A stretch of 64,000 nucleotides of DNA from contig CAWETU010000001.1 of the NCBI GenBank assembly GCA_963812135.1, positions 1,440,001 through 1,504,000 of the forward strand, in the 5' to 3' direction. This document shows positions 1-9,262 of the stretch, piece after piece. The translations under genes and the position numbers were made by a program. Each line of letters opens with the position of its first letter. Positions within the stretch are counted from its first letter, which is position 1. This DNA is from Vulcanimicrobiota bacterium (GTDB lineage: Bacteria > Vulcanimicrobiota > Vulcanimicrobiia > Eremiobacterales > Eremiobacteraceae). Below the pieces are notes generated by a model that was not told where the DNA came from, did no database searches, and was given only the letters and a program-made list of their open reading frames with translations.

Positions 1-15
1 CCGTCGTGCGGCGCA

Positions 16-978
16 TTGCTCGACCGCCCCGACACGAGCGCCCCGCCTGCGGGTCAAATAGATTCGACCGCGACGAATGCGCCGGAGGTCGGTCGAACAA
101 GTTCGACCGCTACAACCGCGGCGAGCGCGGCGGTGCCGGCGGCGATCGACGACTTCGGCGACATCGGGCAATACATCGCGCGCCGTCTCTTCGCGCTCAT
201 CGTCGACTTGATCGGCGTCACCATCCTGCTGGCGACCGGCATCGGCTATCTCGTCGCACGTCGCGGCGGCGACCCGCATTCCTACGGCGGCTTTTTCGAC
301 ACCGCCGTCTACACGCTGTTCGCGCTCATCGTCTACAAAGTGCTCGCCGAGTCGTACCTTGGCACGACGCTGGGCAAAGCGCTCGTCGGCTTGCACGTGC
401 ACCCGACGAACGCCCAGCGCGTCGGCATCGCTCGCGGACTGACGCGCAACATCTTCTTGCCGTTCGACCTCGCCGTGATCGGTTTCGTGCTCGCCGTGAT
501 CACGCCGCGACGCAAGCGTATCGGCGATTTCGTGGCCGGCACCGAAGTCGTCAACGCGCCGCGTGCGGCGCTCGGCGCGGTCGCCGCGATCGCGATCCTG
601 GGCGTGTGGGGTTACGCTGAGTACGCGTATGGCGATGGCCTGCGAACCGCGCAGACGCTTTCGAACACGGCCGCGACATACGGCCCAACGCTGCTCGGCT
701 CGCAGGGAACGCCGCCGCCCGCGCCGGTTCCGCTGCCGGATCGCACGGCGGTGCCGACGGAGCAGCCGATCACCGTGCCGACGCTGGCACCGACATCGCA
801 AGCATCTCCTGGGAGCGCTTCGCCATCGCCGATCGCGTCCGGCGTCAGCGGCACTCCGGCGGCGTCACCCGCGAGTTCACCGAGTTCGCCGAGCTCGCCG
901 CAGGCGTCGCCGAGCGCGGTGCCGTCAGATCAAGCCTCGCCGGAGTCGTCGCCGCAGCCTTCTCCCAGCGCCCGTTGA
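16..978 (+). CDS. RDD family membrane protein with Pro/Ser-rich C-terminal tail
   Basis: RRLFALIVD, GTTLGKALVGLHV and KRIGDFVAGTEVV are RDD motifs. Start is uncertain (TTG 16, in-frame GTG 133, or upstream of the window). Confidence 0.85.
   Translation: MLDRPDTSAPPAGQIDSTATNAPEVGRTSSTATTAASAAVPAAIDDFGDIGQYIARRLFALIVDLIGVTILLATGIGYLVARRGGDPHSYGGFFDTAVYTLFALIVYKVLAESYLGTTLGKALVGLHVHPTNAQRVGIARGLTRNIFLPFDLAVIGFVLAVITPRRKRIGDFVAGTEVVNAPRAALGAVAAIAILGVWGYAEYAYGDGLRTAQTLSNTAATYGPTLLGSQGTPPPAPVPLPDRTAVPTEQPITVPTLAPTSQASPGSASPSPIASGVSGTPAASPASSPSSPSSPQASPSAVPSDQASPESSPQPSPSAR
51..114 (-). repeat. Two tandem GTAG-type REP-like palindromes (51-75 degenerate, 90-114 intact)
   Basis: CGGTCGAACAAGTTCGACCGCTACA at 90-114 matches the other copies in the window. 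Confidence 0.8.
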
Positions 979-2030
979 ATCTGCGACGCATCGCCGAACG
1001 GCTGCGGCGCCGTTTCGCGCCGCCCGGCGTGCGACGCATGATCGAAATGGGCGACTTGCTCACCGGCTCGTGGATCGCCCAAGGGATCTACGCCGTCGCA
1101 GTGCTCGGCGTCGCCGATCATTTCGGAGCCGAGCCGGTATCGGCCGGCCAATTGGCTCGAGCAGTGGGTGCGGACGAGGACGCGCTCTATCGGGTGCTGC
1201 GCATGCTCGCAGCAGCCGGTCTTTTCCAAGAACTCTCCGGCAAGCGATTTGCGCTGACCGATCTTGGTGCGCTTCTGCGCAGCGATCATCCGAACTCGAT
1301 GCGACATTTCGCCATCTATAACGGCGTGCCGTGGCATTGGGGCATGTGGGGCGACATCGAACGCAGCGTCAAGACAGGTTCGCCGGCGACGCCCGACGGT
1401 TCGAAGTTGCCGCTGTTCGAATACCTCGCCCGCGACGAGGTCGCGGCCGGCGTGTTCGACGCCGCCATGGCCGACCTGTCCAACGCGCGCGACGTGTCGG
1501 CGATCTCGGGGTATGATTTTTCGCGCTTCGCGACGGTCGTGGACGTCGGCGGCGGCGAGGGCCGCCTGATCAGATCGGTGCTCGCGTCGTACCCAACCGT
1601 GTCCGGTATCATCTTCGACCTCGCCGAAGTGATCGAACGCGCGCGGCCGGTCGTCACGGCCGCTGGACTCGCCTCGCGTTGCTCGCTCGTCGCCGGCAGT
1701 TTTTTCGATACGGTGCCGCCGGGCGCCGATGCGTACCTTCTCAAGCAAGTGCTGCACGATTGGCAGGATGACAAAGCCGAAACGATCTTGGCGAATTGCC
1801 GGCGCGCGATGAGCGGGCAAAGCGTGCTGCTCGTGATCGAGATGATCGTGCCCGACGATGCCGGTCCGTCGATGGCCAAGCTTTCGGATATCGAGATGCT
1901 GGTAAGCGTGGGTGGACGAGAGCGGACCCTTGGCGAGTATCGCGGCCTACTGCGCGCGGCAAACTTACGCCTATGCGACGTGCATGACACGCGCTCGCCG
2001 TTTTCGATCATCGAAGCGCGTGCGACCTAG
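975..2030 (+). CDS. SAM-dependent O-methyltransferase (dimerisation domain + Methyltransf_2)
   Basis: VVDVGGGEG SAM motif, GSFFDTVPPGADAYLLKQVLHDW, GRERT. Confidence 0.9.
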   Translation: MNLRRIAERLRRRFAPPGVRRMIEMGDLLTGSWIAQGIYAVAVLGVADHFGAEPVSAGQLARAVGADEDALYRVLRMLAAAGLFQELSGKRFALTDLGALLRSDHPNSMRHFAIYNGVPWHWGMWGDIERSVKTGSPATPDGSKLPLFEYLARDEVAAGVFDAAMADLSNARDVSAISGYDFSRFATVVDVGGGEGRLIRSVLASYPTVSGIIFDLAEVIERARPVVTAAGLASRCSLVAGSFFDTVPPGADAYLLKQVLHDWQDDKAETILANCRRAMSGQSVLLVIEMIVPDDAGPSMAKLSDIEMLVSVGGRERTLGEYRGLLRAANLRLCDVHDTRSPFSIIEARAT

Positions 2031-2064
2031 GAACGCATTCAGCCCGTATTCACGTTGACGGGGT

Positions 2065-2646
2065 ATGAGTAGTGACATGAAACCTTGGTTCGTGCTGCTC
2101 GCTTGCACACTGCTGACGCTTGGACCGGCGATGGCTGCCGCGCAGATCCGGCACATCGACGTCGAGCACTCGCGCTTAACCATCCACGTGTTCAAGACGG
2201 GACTGTTCGCCTTCGCCGCCGACAACCACGAGATCAACGCGCCGATCGCGGCCGGTGAGCTCGACGATCCGCTCACCTCGGTGAGCTTCACGGTCCCGAC
2301 GGCGCGCATCACGGTGCTCGATCCGCAGATGGATCCGGGCAAGCGTGCCCAAGTGCAGGCGCGCATGGTCGGACCGGATGTGCTCGATACCGCGAAGTAT
2401 CCGGAGATCACGTTCAAGTCGACCAGCATCAACGCCGCGTCCGGCGGATTTGATGTCACAGGCGATTTGACGCTGCACGGCGTGACGCGTCCAATCCAGC
2501 TGCACGTCACGGAGGCGGGCGGCCGCTACCAAGGCTCGACCACGCTCAAACAGACCGATTTCGGGATTCGCCCGATCACGATCGTCGGCGGCACCGTCAA
2601 GGTCAAAGACGTCGTGCAGATCGATTTCGATATCGCGACGCTCTGA
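2065..2646 (+). CDS. YceI family secreted lipid-binding protein
   Basis: Signal peptide; YPEITFKS, GDLTLHGVTRP and TDFGI motifs. Confidence 0.9.
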   Translation: MSSDMKPWFVLLACTLLTLGPAMAAAQIRHIDVEHSRLTIHVFKTGLFAFAADNHEINAPIAAGELDDPLTSVSFTVPTARITVLDPQMDPGKRAQVQARMVGPDVLDTAKYPEITFKSTSINAASGGFDVTGDLTLHGVTRPIQLHVTEAGGRYQGSTTLKQTDFGIRPITIVGGTVKVKDVVQIDFDIATL

Positions 2647-3990
2647 TCACACGCCGGTCGGAAACGTCTCGGGTACCTCACCGGCTTCCCACTCCTCCGT
2701 GCGTTCGAGCGGCTCGACCGCGCGCGTGCGATCGATGTGCACCACGCCGTCGAACTGCTTCGGCAGCTTCGCCTCGAAATAGTGGCTCGCAAGCTCAGTG
2801 TCCGGGCGGTAGATGACGCCGATGGCGCGTTCGAGGAACGGGCCTTCGAGCACGCTGATGCCCGGCGCTTCGGCCCGCAGGTCGACGAAGAAACGCTCGA
2901 CGCCGGTGCGATGGAAGATCGACTCGTAACTCCCTTCGCGGCCGGGTCGGATCCGTTTGCGCTCCACGGGCGCATGCCAGTCCGAGGCGGCGCTCACGGT
3001 GCCGTCGTACGTGGTGAACCCGAGTAGATACGCCGACCCCTCGTGGCGGCGGCGCATGAGCTGGCCGATGTTGAACTCGCCACGGGAGCCCATTCCCGTC
3101 ACGCTCGCGTCGCCCACGTGCGAGTTGTGGGCCCACACGACGACCTTCGCGTTCCCCGTGCGGCGCGCGAGATGGGCGGTGAGCCGTTCGAGGGTCTCAA
3201 CCATGTGCGCGTCGCGGAAGTTCCACGAAGACACGCGCGGATCGAGCATCGTGCGATAGTAGCGCTCCGCGTTCTTGGCGACGCGCGCGTTCTCTTCGGC
3301 GAAGAAGAAGTCGTCCTCGTCGGATCGGCCGTCGCGTTTCGCCAGCTCGGCGGCGCGACGCTGCATCTCGGTGAGCTGCTCAACCACAGCGGTTTCGCAC
3401 GAGGCGAACAAGCCCTGTGAGACGGCGTACGCGTATGACTCGACATCGGGTCCGAAGAACTCGAAGCACGCATAGCGCTCGCGGGCGCGCTGCGCCGCCT
3501 GCGGATCGACCTTCTCGAGATAGTCGATCACCGCGTCGATCGATGCGTGCAGGCTGTAGAGGTCGAGGCCATAGAAACCGGCTTTCTCGTCCTTGGACAC
3601 GGAATCGTTGCGCTCGCGGAGCCAGCCGACGAAGTCCAGAACCTCGGCGTTGCGCCACATCCAAGTGGGAAAGCGCCTGAAATCGGCCAGCGCCTCGACC
3701 GCTTCGACATCGTCGCTGCGTCCTCGCACGTAGCGGTTCACGCGATAAGAGTCGGGCCAATCCGCCTCGACCGCGACGGCATTGAAACCCCGTTCGGTGA
3801 TGAGCCGTTGCGTGATGGTGGCGCGCGCGCGATAGAACTCGTGCGTGCCGTGCGTGGCCTCACCGAGCAGGACGAAGCGCGCGCCGCCAATGGCCTCGAG
3901 CATGCGGTCGTAGTCGGCGGGCATACCTTGCAACGGATAGCTGAAATTCCAGATTTGGGCGGCGATCTCCGATTCTCTCATGGGTTTCAC
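2647..3990 (-). CDS. Erythromycin esterase family protein
   Basis: LLGEATHGTHEFY, AVEADWPD, WAHNSHVGDA, RAIGVIYRP. Confidence 0.92.
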   Translation of the reverse strand: MKPMRESEIAAQIWNFSYPLQGMPADYDRMLEAIGGARFVLLGEATHGTHEFYRARATITQRLITERGFNAVAVEADWPDSYRVNRYVRGRSDDVEAVEALADFRRFPTWMWRNAEVLDFVGWLRERNDSVSKDEKAGFYGLDLYSLHASIDAVIDYLEKVDPQAAQRARERYACFEFFGPDVESYAYAVSQGLFASCETAVVEQLTEMQRRAAELAKRDGRSDEDDFFFAEENARVAKNAERYYRTMLDPRVSSWNFRDAHMVETLERLTAHLARRTGNAKVVVWAHNSHVGDASVTGMGSRGEFNIGQLMRRRHEGSAYLLGFTTYDGTVSAASDWHAPVERKRIRPGREGSYESIFHRTGVERFFVDLRAEAPGISVLEGPFLERAIGVIYRPDTELASHYFEAKLPKQFDGVVHIDRTRAVEPLERTEEWEAGEVPETFPTGV

Positions 3991-4649
3991 GCTCTTGGGT
4001 CGCGCGCCGCCGCTCGTGCGAGCAGCTCGCGCACCTCATCATCGCTGACTTGGGCGAAATTCTTGTACCACGCACCGACCGCGTAGAATGGATCGGGCGT
4101 CAACGCGCAGATCACGTCGGCATCCACGCTCAGTTCTGCCTGCGCCTCGTGCGTGCAGACGGGCACGGCGACGATGATCTGCTTGGGATTCATCTTGCGG
4201 ACGGCTTCGACGGCGACGGCCATGCTCTGCCCGGTTGCGAGGCCGTCATCGACGATGATCACGGTGCGGCCTTCGATGCGGGGGAAGTGGCGATGGTCGC
4301 GATAGACGGCTTCGCGGCGTTCGAGCTCTTGCTGCGCCTCGCGGACCACCTCAAGTATCTCGTCGGCGGTGAGCCCGAGGTAGCGTATGAGCTTGGTATC
4401 GAGCGAATATGCCCCGCCGCTCGCGATGGCGCCCATCGCGAGCTCTTCGTGTCCGGGAACGCCGAGCTTGCGAACCGCCAAAACGTCGAGCGGTGCGTGC
4501 AGCGCGGTCGCGATCTCATAGGCGACCGGTACGCCGCCGCGCGGCAGGGCGAGCACGACGACGTCATTGCGTTTCGCATACGGCTCGAGCTCGGCGGCCA
4601 GGACACGACCGGCTTCGCGCCGATCCGCAAACGCCTGAAGGTCTACCAT
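3987..4649 (-). CDS. Phosphoribosyltransferase family protein
   Basis: FADRREAGRVLA, LPRGGVPVA and the PRPP motif IIVDDGLATG. Start taken at ATG 4649 (MVDLQAF). Confidence 0.92.
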   Translation of the reverse strand: MVDLQAFADRREAGRVLAAELEPYAKRNDVVVLALPRGGVPVAYEIATALHAPLDVLAVRKLGVPGHEELAMGAIASGGAYSLDTKLIRYLGLTADEILEVVREAQQELERREAVYRDHRHFPRIEGRTVIIVDDGLATGQSMAVAVEAVRKMNPKQIIVAVPVCTHEAQAELSVDADVICALTPDPFYAVGAWYKNFAQVSDDEVRELLARAAARDPRA

Positions 4650-4677
4650 TGCGGTAGTGTCCCCTTTCGAGCGCGCC

Positions 4678-5085
4678 TTATGCGGCGGCGATGCGTTCGA
4701 GCACGCGGCCGAGGCGTGCGTTGACGTCCTCGGCGACAGCGGAAAGCTCGGGACGGCCGACGACGCCGAGCAATGCGCGAGCGTCAATGGCCGAGACCGT
4801 CACGCCGGATGCCTCGCGTTGCACGACAACGTTGCACGGCAGCAGGAGGCCGAGTTGGCTTTCGACGCTCAGCGCCTGGTGGGCGAGTTTGGGATTGCAC
4901 ACCCCGAGAATAGTGTACGGGCGGAAATCGGCTCCGATCTTGTCTTTGAACGTCTTCGCGACGTCGATTTCGCAGAGCACCCCGAAGCCCTCGTCCTTGA
5001 GCAGTTCCTTGGCGCGAGTGACGGCGCCGGCGAACGTCAACCCAGTGGCGACGACGTTGCCGTACAGCGGTTCAGCGATCATCAA
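4678..5085 (-). CDS. DUF302 domain protein
   Basis: GFGVLCEID, YTILGVCNP, GLLLPCNVVV. Confidence 0.9.
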   Translation of the reverse strand: MMIAEPLYGNVVATGLTFAGAVTRAKELLKDEGFGVLCEIDVAKTFKDKIGADFRPYTILGVCNPKLAHQALSVESQLGLLLPCNVVVQREASGVTVSAIDARALLGVVGRPELSAVAEDVNARLGRVLERIAAA

Positions 5086-5776
5086 AGTCTCCTTTGGGAG
5101 AGATATGAGATTTGGTCAGGTGTTCCACGAACCACTCACGTGCCAGTGCCGCGACCTGCTCCAATGCTCCCGGCTCTTCAAACAGGTGTGTCGCGCGTGG
5201 GATGACCGCCAGTTTGACGGGCGCAGCGATGACGCGCGCGGCCTGTGCATTGAGCGCGAGCACGGTGGGATCGGCGCCGCCCACGACGAGCAGCGTCGGC
5301 GCGCGCACATCACGCAACGCAGGCCCGGCGAGATCCGGCCGTCCACCGCGCGACACGACGGCGTGCACAAGGTCGGGATGTCGTGCCGCGACGACGAGCG
5401 CCGCCGCCGCACCGGTGCTCGCGCCGAAGAGGCCGACCGGGAATCTGCGAGCATCAGCGTCGAGGCGGCTCCACTCGAGAGCGGCGGCCAGGCGCTCCGC
5501 GAGCAGCCCGATGTCGAAACGCAACGCAGCCGTGGGGCGATCGTACTCTTCCTCGGCGGATGTGAGCAGATCGAATAGAAGCGTGGCCAAGCCACCGGAC
5601 CGCAGGGCCCGCGCGACTTGTCGATTGCGTGGGCTATGCCGGCTGCTGCCGCTACCATGTGCGAATATGACGAGGCCGAGCGCATCGCGAGGGGCATCAA
5701 ACTCGCCTTCGAGCAGATGATGCCCGGCTGCGATGCTGACGCTGCGGGAAGCGGCGGAAAGCGCGCTCTTGGTCAT
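5072..5776 (-). CDS. Dienelactone hydrolase-like alpha/beta hydrolase
   Basis: FAHGSGSSRHSPRN, FGASTGAAAAL, SRGGRPDLA, HLFEEPGAL. Confidence 0.9.
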   Translation of the reverse strand: MTKSALSAASRSVSIAAGHHLLEGEFDAPRDALGLVIFAHGSGSSRHSPRNRQVARALRSGGLATLLFDLLTSAEEEYDRPTAALRFDIGLLAERLAAALEWSRLDADARRFPVGLFGASTGAAAALVVAARHPDLVHAVVSRGGRPDLAGPALRDVRAPTLLVVGGADPTVLALNAQAARVIAAPVKLAVIPRATHLFEEPGALEQVAALAREWFVEHLTKSHISPKGDFDDR

Positions 5777-5822
5777 CAGAGATAGTGTGCCCCTTTCCTG
5801 CTGCTGCTTGTATGAACGTTTG

Positions 5823-5865
5823 GTGAAGCGCCTTCACACGGATGGCAAACGGCCGCTGCTATCAT
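5823..5865 (+). promoter_or_regulatory. Inverted repeat GTGAAG-CGC-CTTCAC plus extended -10 (TGcTATCAT) for a near-leaderless transcript
   Basis: Palindrome at 5823-5837 in a divergent intergenic region; TATCAT at 5860-5865 lies 8 nt before ATG 5874. Confidence 0.45.
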
Positions 5866-5873
5866 ATCTGACA

Positions 5874-6326
5874 ATGCTGGGACAACTGAGCGAAACCGAG
5901 ATCGAAGACGTGCTCGGGCACGAATACCTCGGGCGGATCGGGTGTCATGCCGAGGGTCGAACGTATGTCGTTCCGGTCTCATACGCGTACGAAAACGGCG
6001 CAGTCTACGGCCACGCCGCGGAAGGTCTAAAGCTGCGCATGATGCGAGCCAATCCGAACGTCTGCTTTGAAGTGGATCGCATGGACGATTTGACGACGTG
6101 GCGCAGCGTGATCGCCTGGGGGCGTTTCGAGGAGCTGCGTGGCGCCGAGGCGGATCATGGGCTCGCGCTGCTGGTGGCGCGTTTGCTACCCATCGCTGCG
6201 ACGAGCGAGATGCGCCATACGGTCAAGAGCCTCACGCGACAGAACCGCGCGCAAGAAGAAGGACTCCAGGCGGTCGTCTACCGCATCGTGCTGGCAGAGA
6301 AAACCGGGCGCTTCGAGCGTCCTTGA
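5874..6326 (+). CDS. Pyridoxamine 5'-phosphate oxidase-like FMN-binding protein
   Basis: GRIGC..GRTYVVPVSY, GLKLRMMRANPNVCFEVD, WRSVIAWG. Start taken at ATG 5874. Confidence 0.9.
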   Translation: MLGQLSETEIEDVLGHEYLGRIGCHAEGRTYVVPVSYAYENGAVYGHAAEGLKLRMMRANPNVCFEVDRMDDLTTWRSVIAWGRFEELRGAEADHGLALLVARLLPIAATSEMRHTVKSLTRQNRAQEEGLQAVVYRIVLAEKTGRFERP

Positions 6327-6332
6327 AGCGCG

Positions 6333-7118
6333 CTACTGGCCCTTGAAGTCCGCCGAGCGCTTTTCGAGGAACGCTTTCGTGCCTTCTTTGGCGTCTGAGC
6401 TGGCCGAGATCTTGCCGAACTCCGAAGCTTCAAGATCCAGCGCGGAATGCAGGTCGGTCTGCATGCCTTTGTGGATCAGGCGTTTGGTCGCGGCGATGGC
6501 GAGCGGGCCTTTCGAAGCGATGACATTCGCCAACCGTTTGGCTTCGGCCATCAGCTGATCGGGCGCCACGACCTTCTCGACCAGGCCGGCCTGCTTGGCT
6601 TCTTCGGCGCCGATCGGCTCGCCTGATAAGAGCAAATACGACGCCATGCCTTGACCGACGAGGCGCGGCAACCGCTGCGAGCCGCCGAAGCCGGCGACGA
6701 TGCCAAGGTTGACTTCGGGCTGGCCGACTTTCGCGTTGCTCGAGGCGAGGCGGATGTCGCCGGCCATGGCCAGCTCGAGACCGCCGCCAAGCGCGTAGCC
6801 GTTGATCGCGATGATCACCGGAAGACGCGAATGCTCCATCTTGTGGCCGACAGTATGGCCGGCGCGCGCTTTCTCCTCACCCGCGTTCGCGTTCGCCAGC
6901 GCCGCGAGCTCGCCAATGTCGGCGCCGGCGACGAATGCGCGGTCACCCGCGCCGGTGATGACCACCGCGCGCACCGATCGATCGGCTTCGAGCTCGTCGA
7001 ACACACTGGCCAGCTCGCGCAGGACGGTCTCATTCAGCGCGTTGAGCACCTTAGGGCGGTTGATGGTGACGATCGCGACGGGTCCGTCGCGTTCGACGAG
7101 CAGCGTTTCGTAGGCCAT
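6333..7118 (-). CDS. Enoyl-CoA hydratase (crotonase)
   Basis: AFVAGADI, NGYALGGGLELAMAGDIR, GQPEVNLG. Confidence 0.95.
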   Translation of the reverse strand: MAYETLLVERDGPVAIVTINRPKVLNALNETVLRELASVFDELEADRSVRAVVITGAGDRAFVAGADIGELAALANANAGEEKARAGHTVGHKMEHSRLPVIIAINGYALGGGLELAMAGDIRLASSNAKVGQPEVNLGIVAGFGGSQRLPRLVGQGMASYLLLSGEPIGAEEAKQAGLVEKVVAPDQLMAEAKRLANVIASKGPLAIAATKRLIHKGMQTDLHSALDLEASEFGKISASSDAKEGTKAFLEKRSADFKGQ

Positions 7119-7127
7119 GGGATCTCC

Positions 7128-7997
7128 TCAGCGCGGCGGGTTGACGGAGTAGTCGTAAAAGCCTCTGCCGGACTTGCGGCCATGGTGGCCAGCGAGCACC
7201 ATCCGCTTGAGAAGCGGCGGCGAGGCGAACATCGGATCCTTGAATTCGTCGAACATGATCTCAGCGATGTAATACGTCGTGTCGAGGCCGACGAAGTCAA
7301 GCAACGTGAGCGGTCCCATTGGGTGGCCGCACCCCAGCTTCATGCCCTCGTCGATGTCCTCTTTGGAGGCAAGTCCCTGCTCGTACATCCGGATGGCGTA
7401 GAGAAGATAGGGCACGAGCAACCGGTTGACCACGAAGCCCGGCGTGTCTTGCGCGAGGATCGGCACTTTGCCGAGCTTCCTGGCGAATGCGTACAGCGCG
7501 TCGATCGTCGCCTGATCGGTCACGATGGTCTTGACGACTTCGACGAGTTTCATGATGGGCACCGGATTGAAGAAGTGCAGGCCGGCCACTTGCTTGGGCC
7601 GTTTGGTCGCAGCCGCCATCTCGATGACGCACAGGCTCGAGGTGTTCGAGCAGATGATCGCGTGCGGCGCCAGCAGCGAATCGAGCTTCGAGAACAGCTC
7701 TTTCTTCGCCGCGATGTTCTCGACGATCGCCTCGATCACGAGGTCGCAGCCCTTGAGATCCTCGACATTGGTCGTCGTCGTGAGGCGGCCGAGCGCGGCA
7801 TCGCGGTCGGCGGCTTGGAGCGAGCCTTTCTCGACGAACTTGTCGAGCGATTTCTTGATGCCGGCGAGTCCCTTGTCCAACGCGGCCTGCACCGCCTCGA
7901 GCGCGACGACCTCGTAGCCGGACGTCGCCGCGACCTGCGCGATGCCGGCGCCCATGAGGCCCATGCCGCAGACGCCGACTCTCTTGATTTCAGACAT
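7128..7997 (-). CDS. hbd: 3-hydroxybutyryl-CoA dehydrogenase
   Basis: GMGLMGAGIA Rossmann motif, SNTSSL, GLHFFNP, PMGPLTLLDFVGLDT. Confidence 0.93.
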   Translation of the reverse strand: MSEIKRVGVCGMGLMGAGIAQVAATSGYEVVALEAVQAALDKGLAGIKKSLDKFVEKGSLQAADRDAALGRLTTTTNVEDLKGCDLVIEAIVENIAAKKELFSKLDSLLAPHAIICSNTSSLCVIEMAAATKRPKQVAGLHFFNPVPIMKLVEVVKTIVTDQATIDALYAFARKLGKVPILAQDTPGFVVNRLLVPYLLYAIRMYEQGLASKEDIDEGMKLGCGHPMGPLTLLDFVGLDTTYYIAEIMFDEFKDPMFASPPLLKRMVLAGHHGRKSGRGFYDYSVNPPR

Positions 7998-8003
7998 ATC
8001 TAT

Positions 8004-9200
8004 TTATCCTTTGTGTGGCGGGAGTTCGCAGCGCGGCGCTTTATCTTTTCGGTATCCGAGCGCGTATTCGGCCTGCATCACTTTCTGGATCTCGCGCGTG
8101 CCTTCATAGATGATGCTGCCGCGCGAGTTGCGCAGGAAACGCGCCACCGGATACTCGTCGGAAAAACCATAGGCGCCGTGGATCTGCATCGCGTCGTCGG
8201 CCGCGCGATTGGCGGCGTCCGTCGCGTACCACTTCGCCAGCGCGGTCTCGCGCGTGTTGCGTCGCCCCAGGTTCTTGAGCCATCCGGCTCGGAAATACAA
8301 CAGTCGCGCGGCGTCATAGGCGAGTGCCATGTTCGCGATCATCTCTTGCACGAGCTGGTGCTTGCCGATCTCGACGCCAAAGGTCTGCCGCTCGTGGGCG
8401 TACTTGACCGAGGCGTCGAGGCTCGCGCGGATCAAGCCGGTCGCGCCGGACGCGACCGTGAAGCGCCCGTTCTCGAGGCACGTCATCGCGACGTAGAATC
8501 CTTCGCCTTCCTCGCCGAGGCGGTTGGCCGCCGGCACGCGCAGGTCGGTGAAGGAGAGCCCGCCGGTATCGCCCGCACGCACGCCGTACTTGTCATGCAG
8601 CGCGAAGGTATGCAGCGCGGTTCCCACTGCCGCGCGCTCGACAACGAATGCGCTGATGCCGTGCTTGCCTTGGTCGGGCGCGGTCTTCGCGAAGATGAGA
8701 AATGTGTCGGCCTGCGTCGCACACGAGACCCAGATCTTGCTGCCGTTGAGGATATAGGAATCGCCGTCGCGGCGCGCGGTCGATCGCATCGCGCCGACAT
8801 CGGTGCCCGCGTCCGGCTCGGTCAAGCCAAAGGCTCCAAGCTGTTCGCCAGAGGCGAGTGGACGCAGCAGGCGCTGCTTCTGTTCTTCGGTACCCCATTG
8901 GTAGACGCCGCAACCGGCGAGGCCGATGTGCACCGACATCATCGTGCGCAACGCCGTGTCGCAGTACTCCAGCTCTTCGCACACCAGGCCGAGGGTGATG
9001 TAGTCGAGGTTCGCGCCGCCGTACTTCTCGGGAAACGGCAATCCGACGATGCCGAGCTTGGCCAGTTTGGCAAACGCGTTCGGCAGGGGAGTGCCTGCGC
9101 TTTCGCAACGCTGCACATCGGGCGCAAGCCGATCCGCCAGGTACGAACGCACGGTGTCGGTGAGCACGCGCTGCTCGGCCGTCAGTTCAAGATCGACCAT
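8004..9200 (-). CDS. Acyl-CoA dehydrogenase
   Basis: AFGLTEPDAGTD, LNGSKIW, QIHGAYG, IYEGTREIQ. Confidence 0.95.
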   Translation of the reverse strand: MVDLELTAEQRVLTDTVRSYLADRLAPDVQRCESAGTPLPNAFAKLAKLGIVGLPFPEKYGGANLDYITLGLVCEELEYCDTALRTMMSVHIGLAGCGVYQWGTEEQKQRLLRPLASGEQLGAFGLTEPDAGTDVGAMRSTARRDGDSYILNGSKIWVSCATQADTFLIFAKTAPDQGKHGISAFVVERAAVGTALHTFALHDKYGVRAGDTGGLSFTDLRVPAANRLGEEGEGFYVAMTCLENGRFTVASGATGLIRASLDASVKYAHERQTFGVEIGKHQLVQEMIANMALAYDAARLLYFRAGWLKNLGRRNTRETALAKWYATDAANRAADDAMQIHGAYGFSDEYPVARFLRNSRGSIIYEGTREIQKVMQAEYALGYRKDKAPRCELPPHKG

Positions 9201-9262
9201 GACCGCCGATTCCGTCCGCTCGGACAGGCACCCTTTGAGCGCGCGAAGAATGCGCGCTGCTC

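Noticed and set aside
2031..2066. GGGTAT upstream of yceI as a SigB/F promoter
   Set aside because: There is no -35 GTTT at the correct spacing, and the motif overlaps the start region.
2647..3990. Erythromycin esterase as a macrolide-resistance gene
   Set aside because: It looks like the widespread PRTase-associated subgroup and has no mobile-element context.
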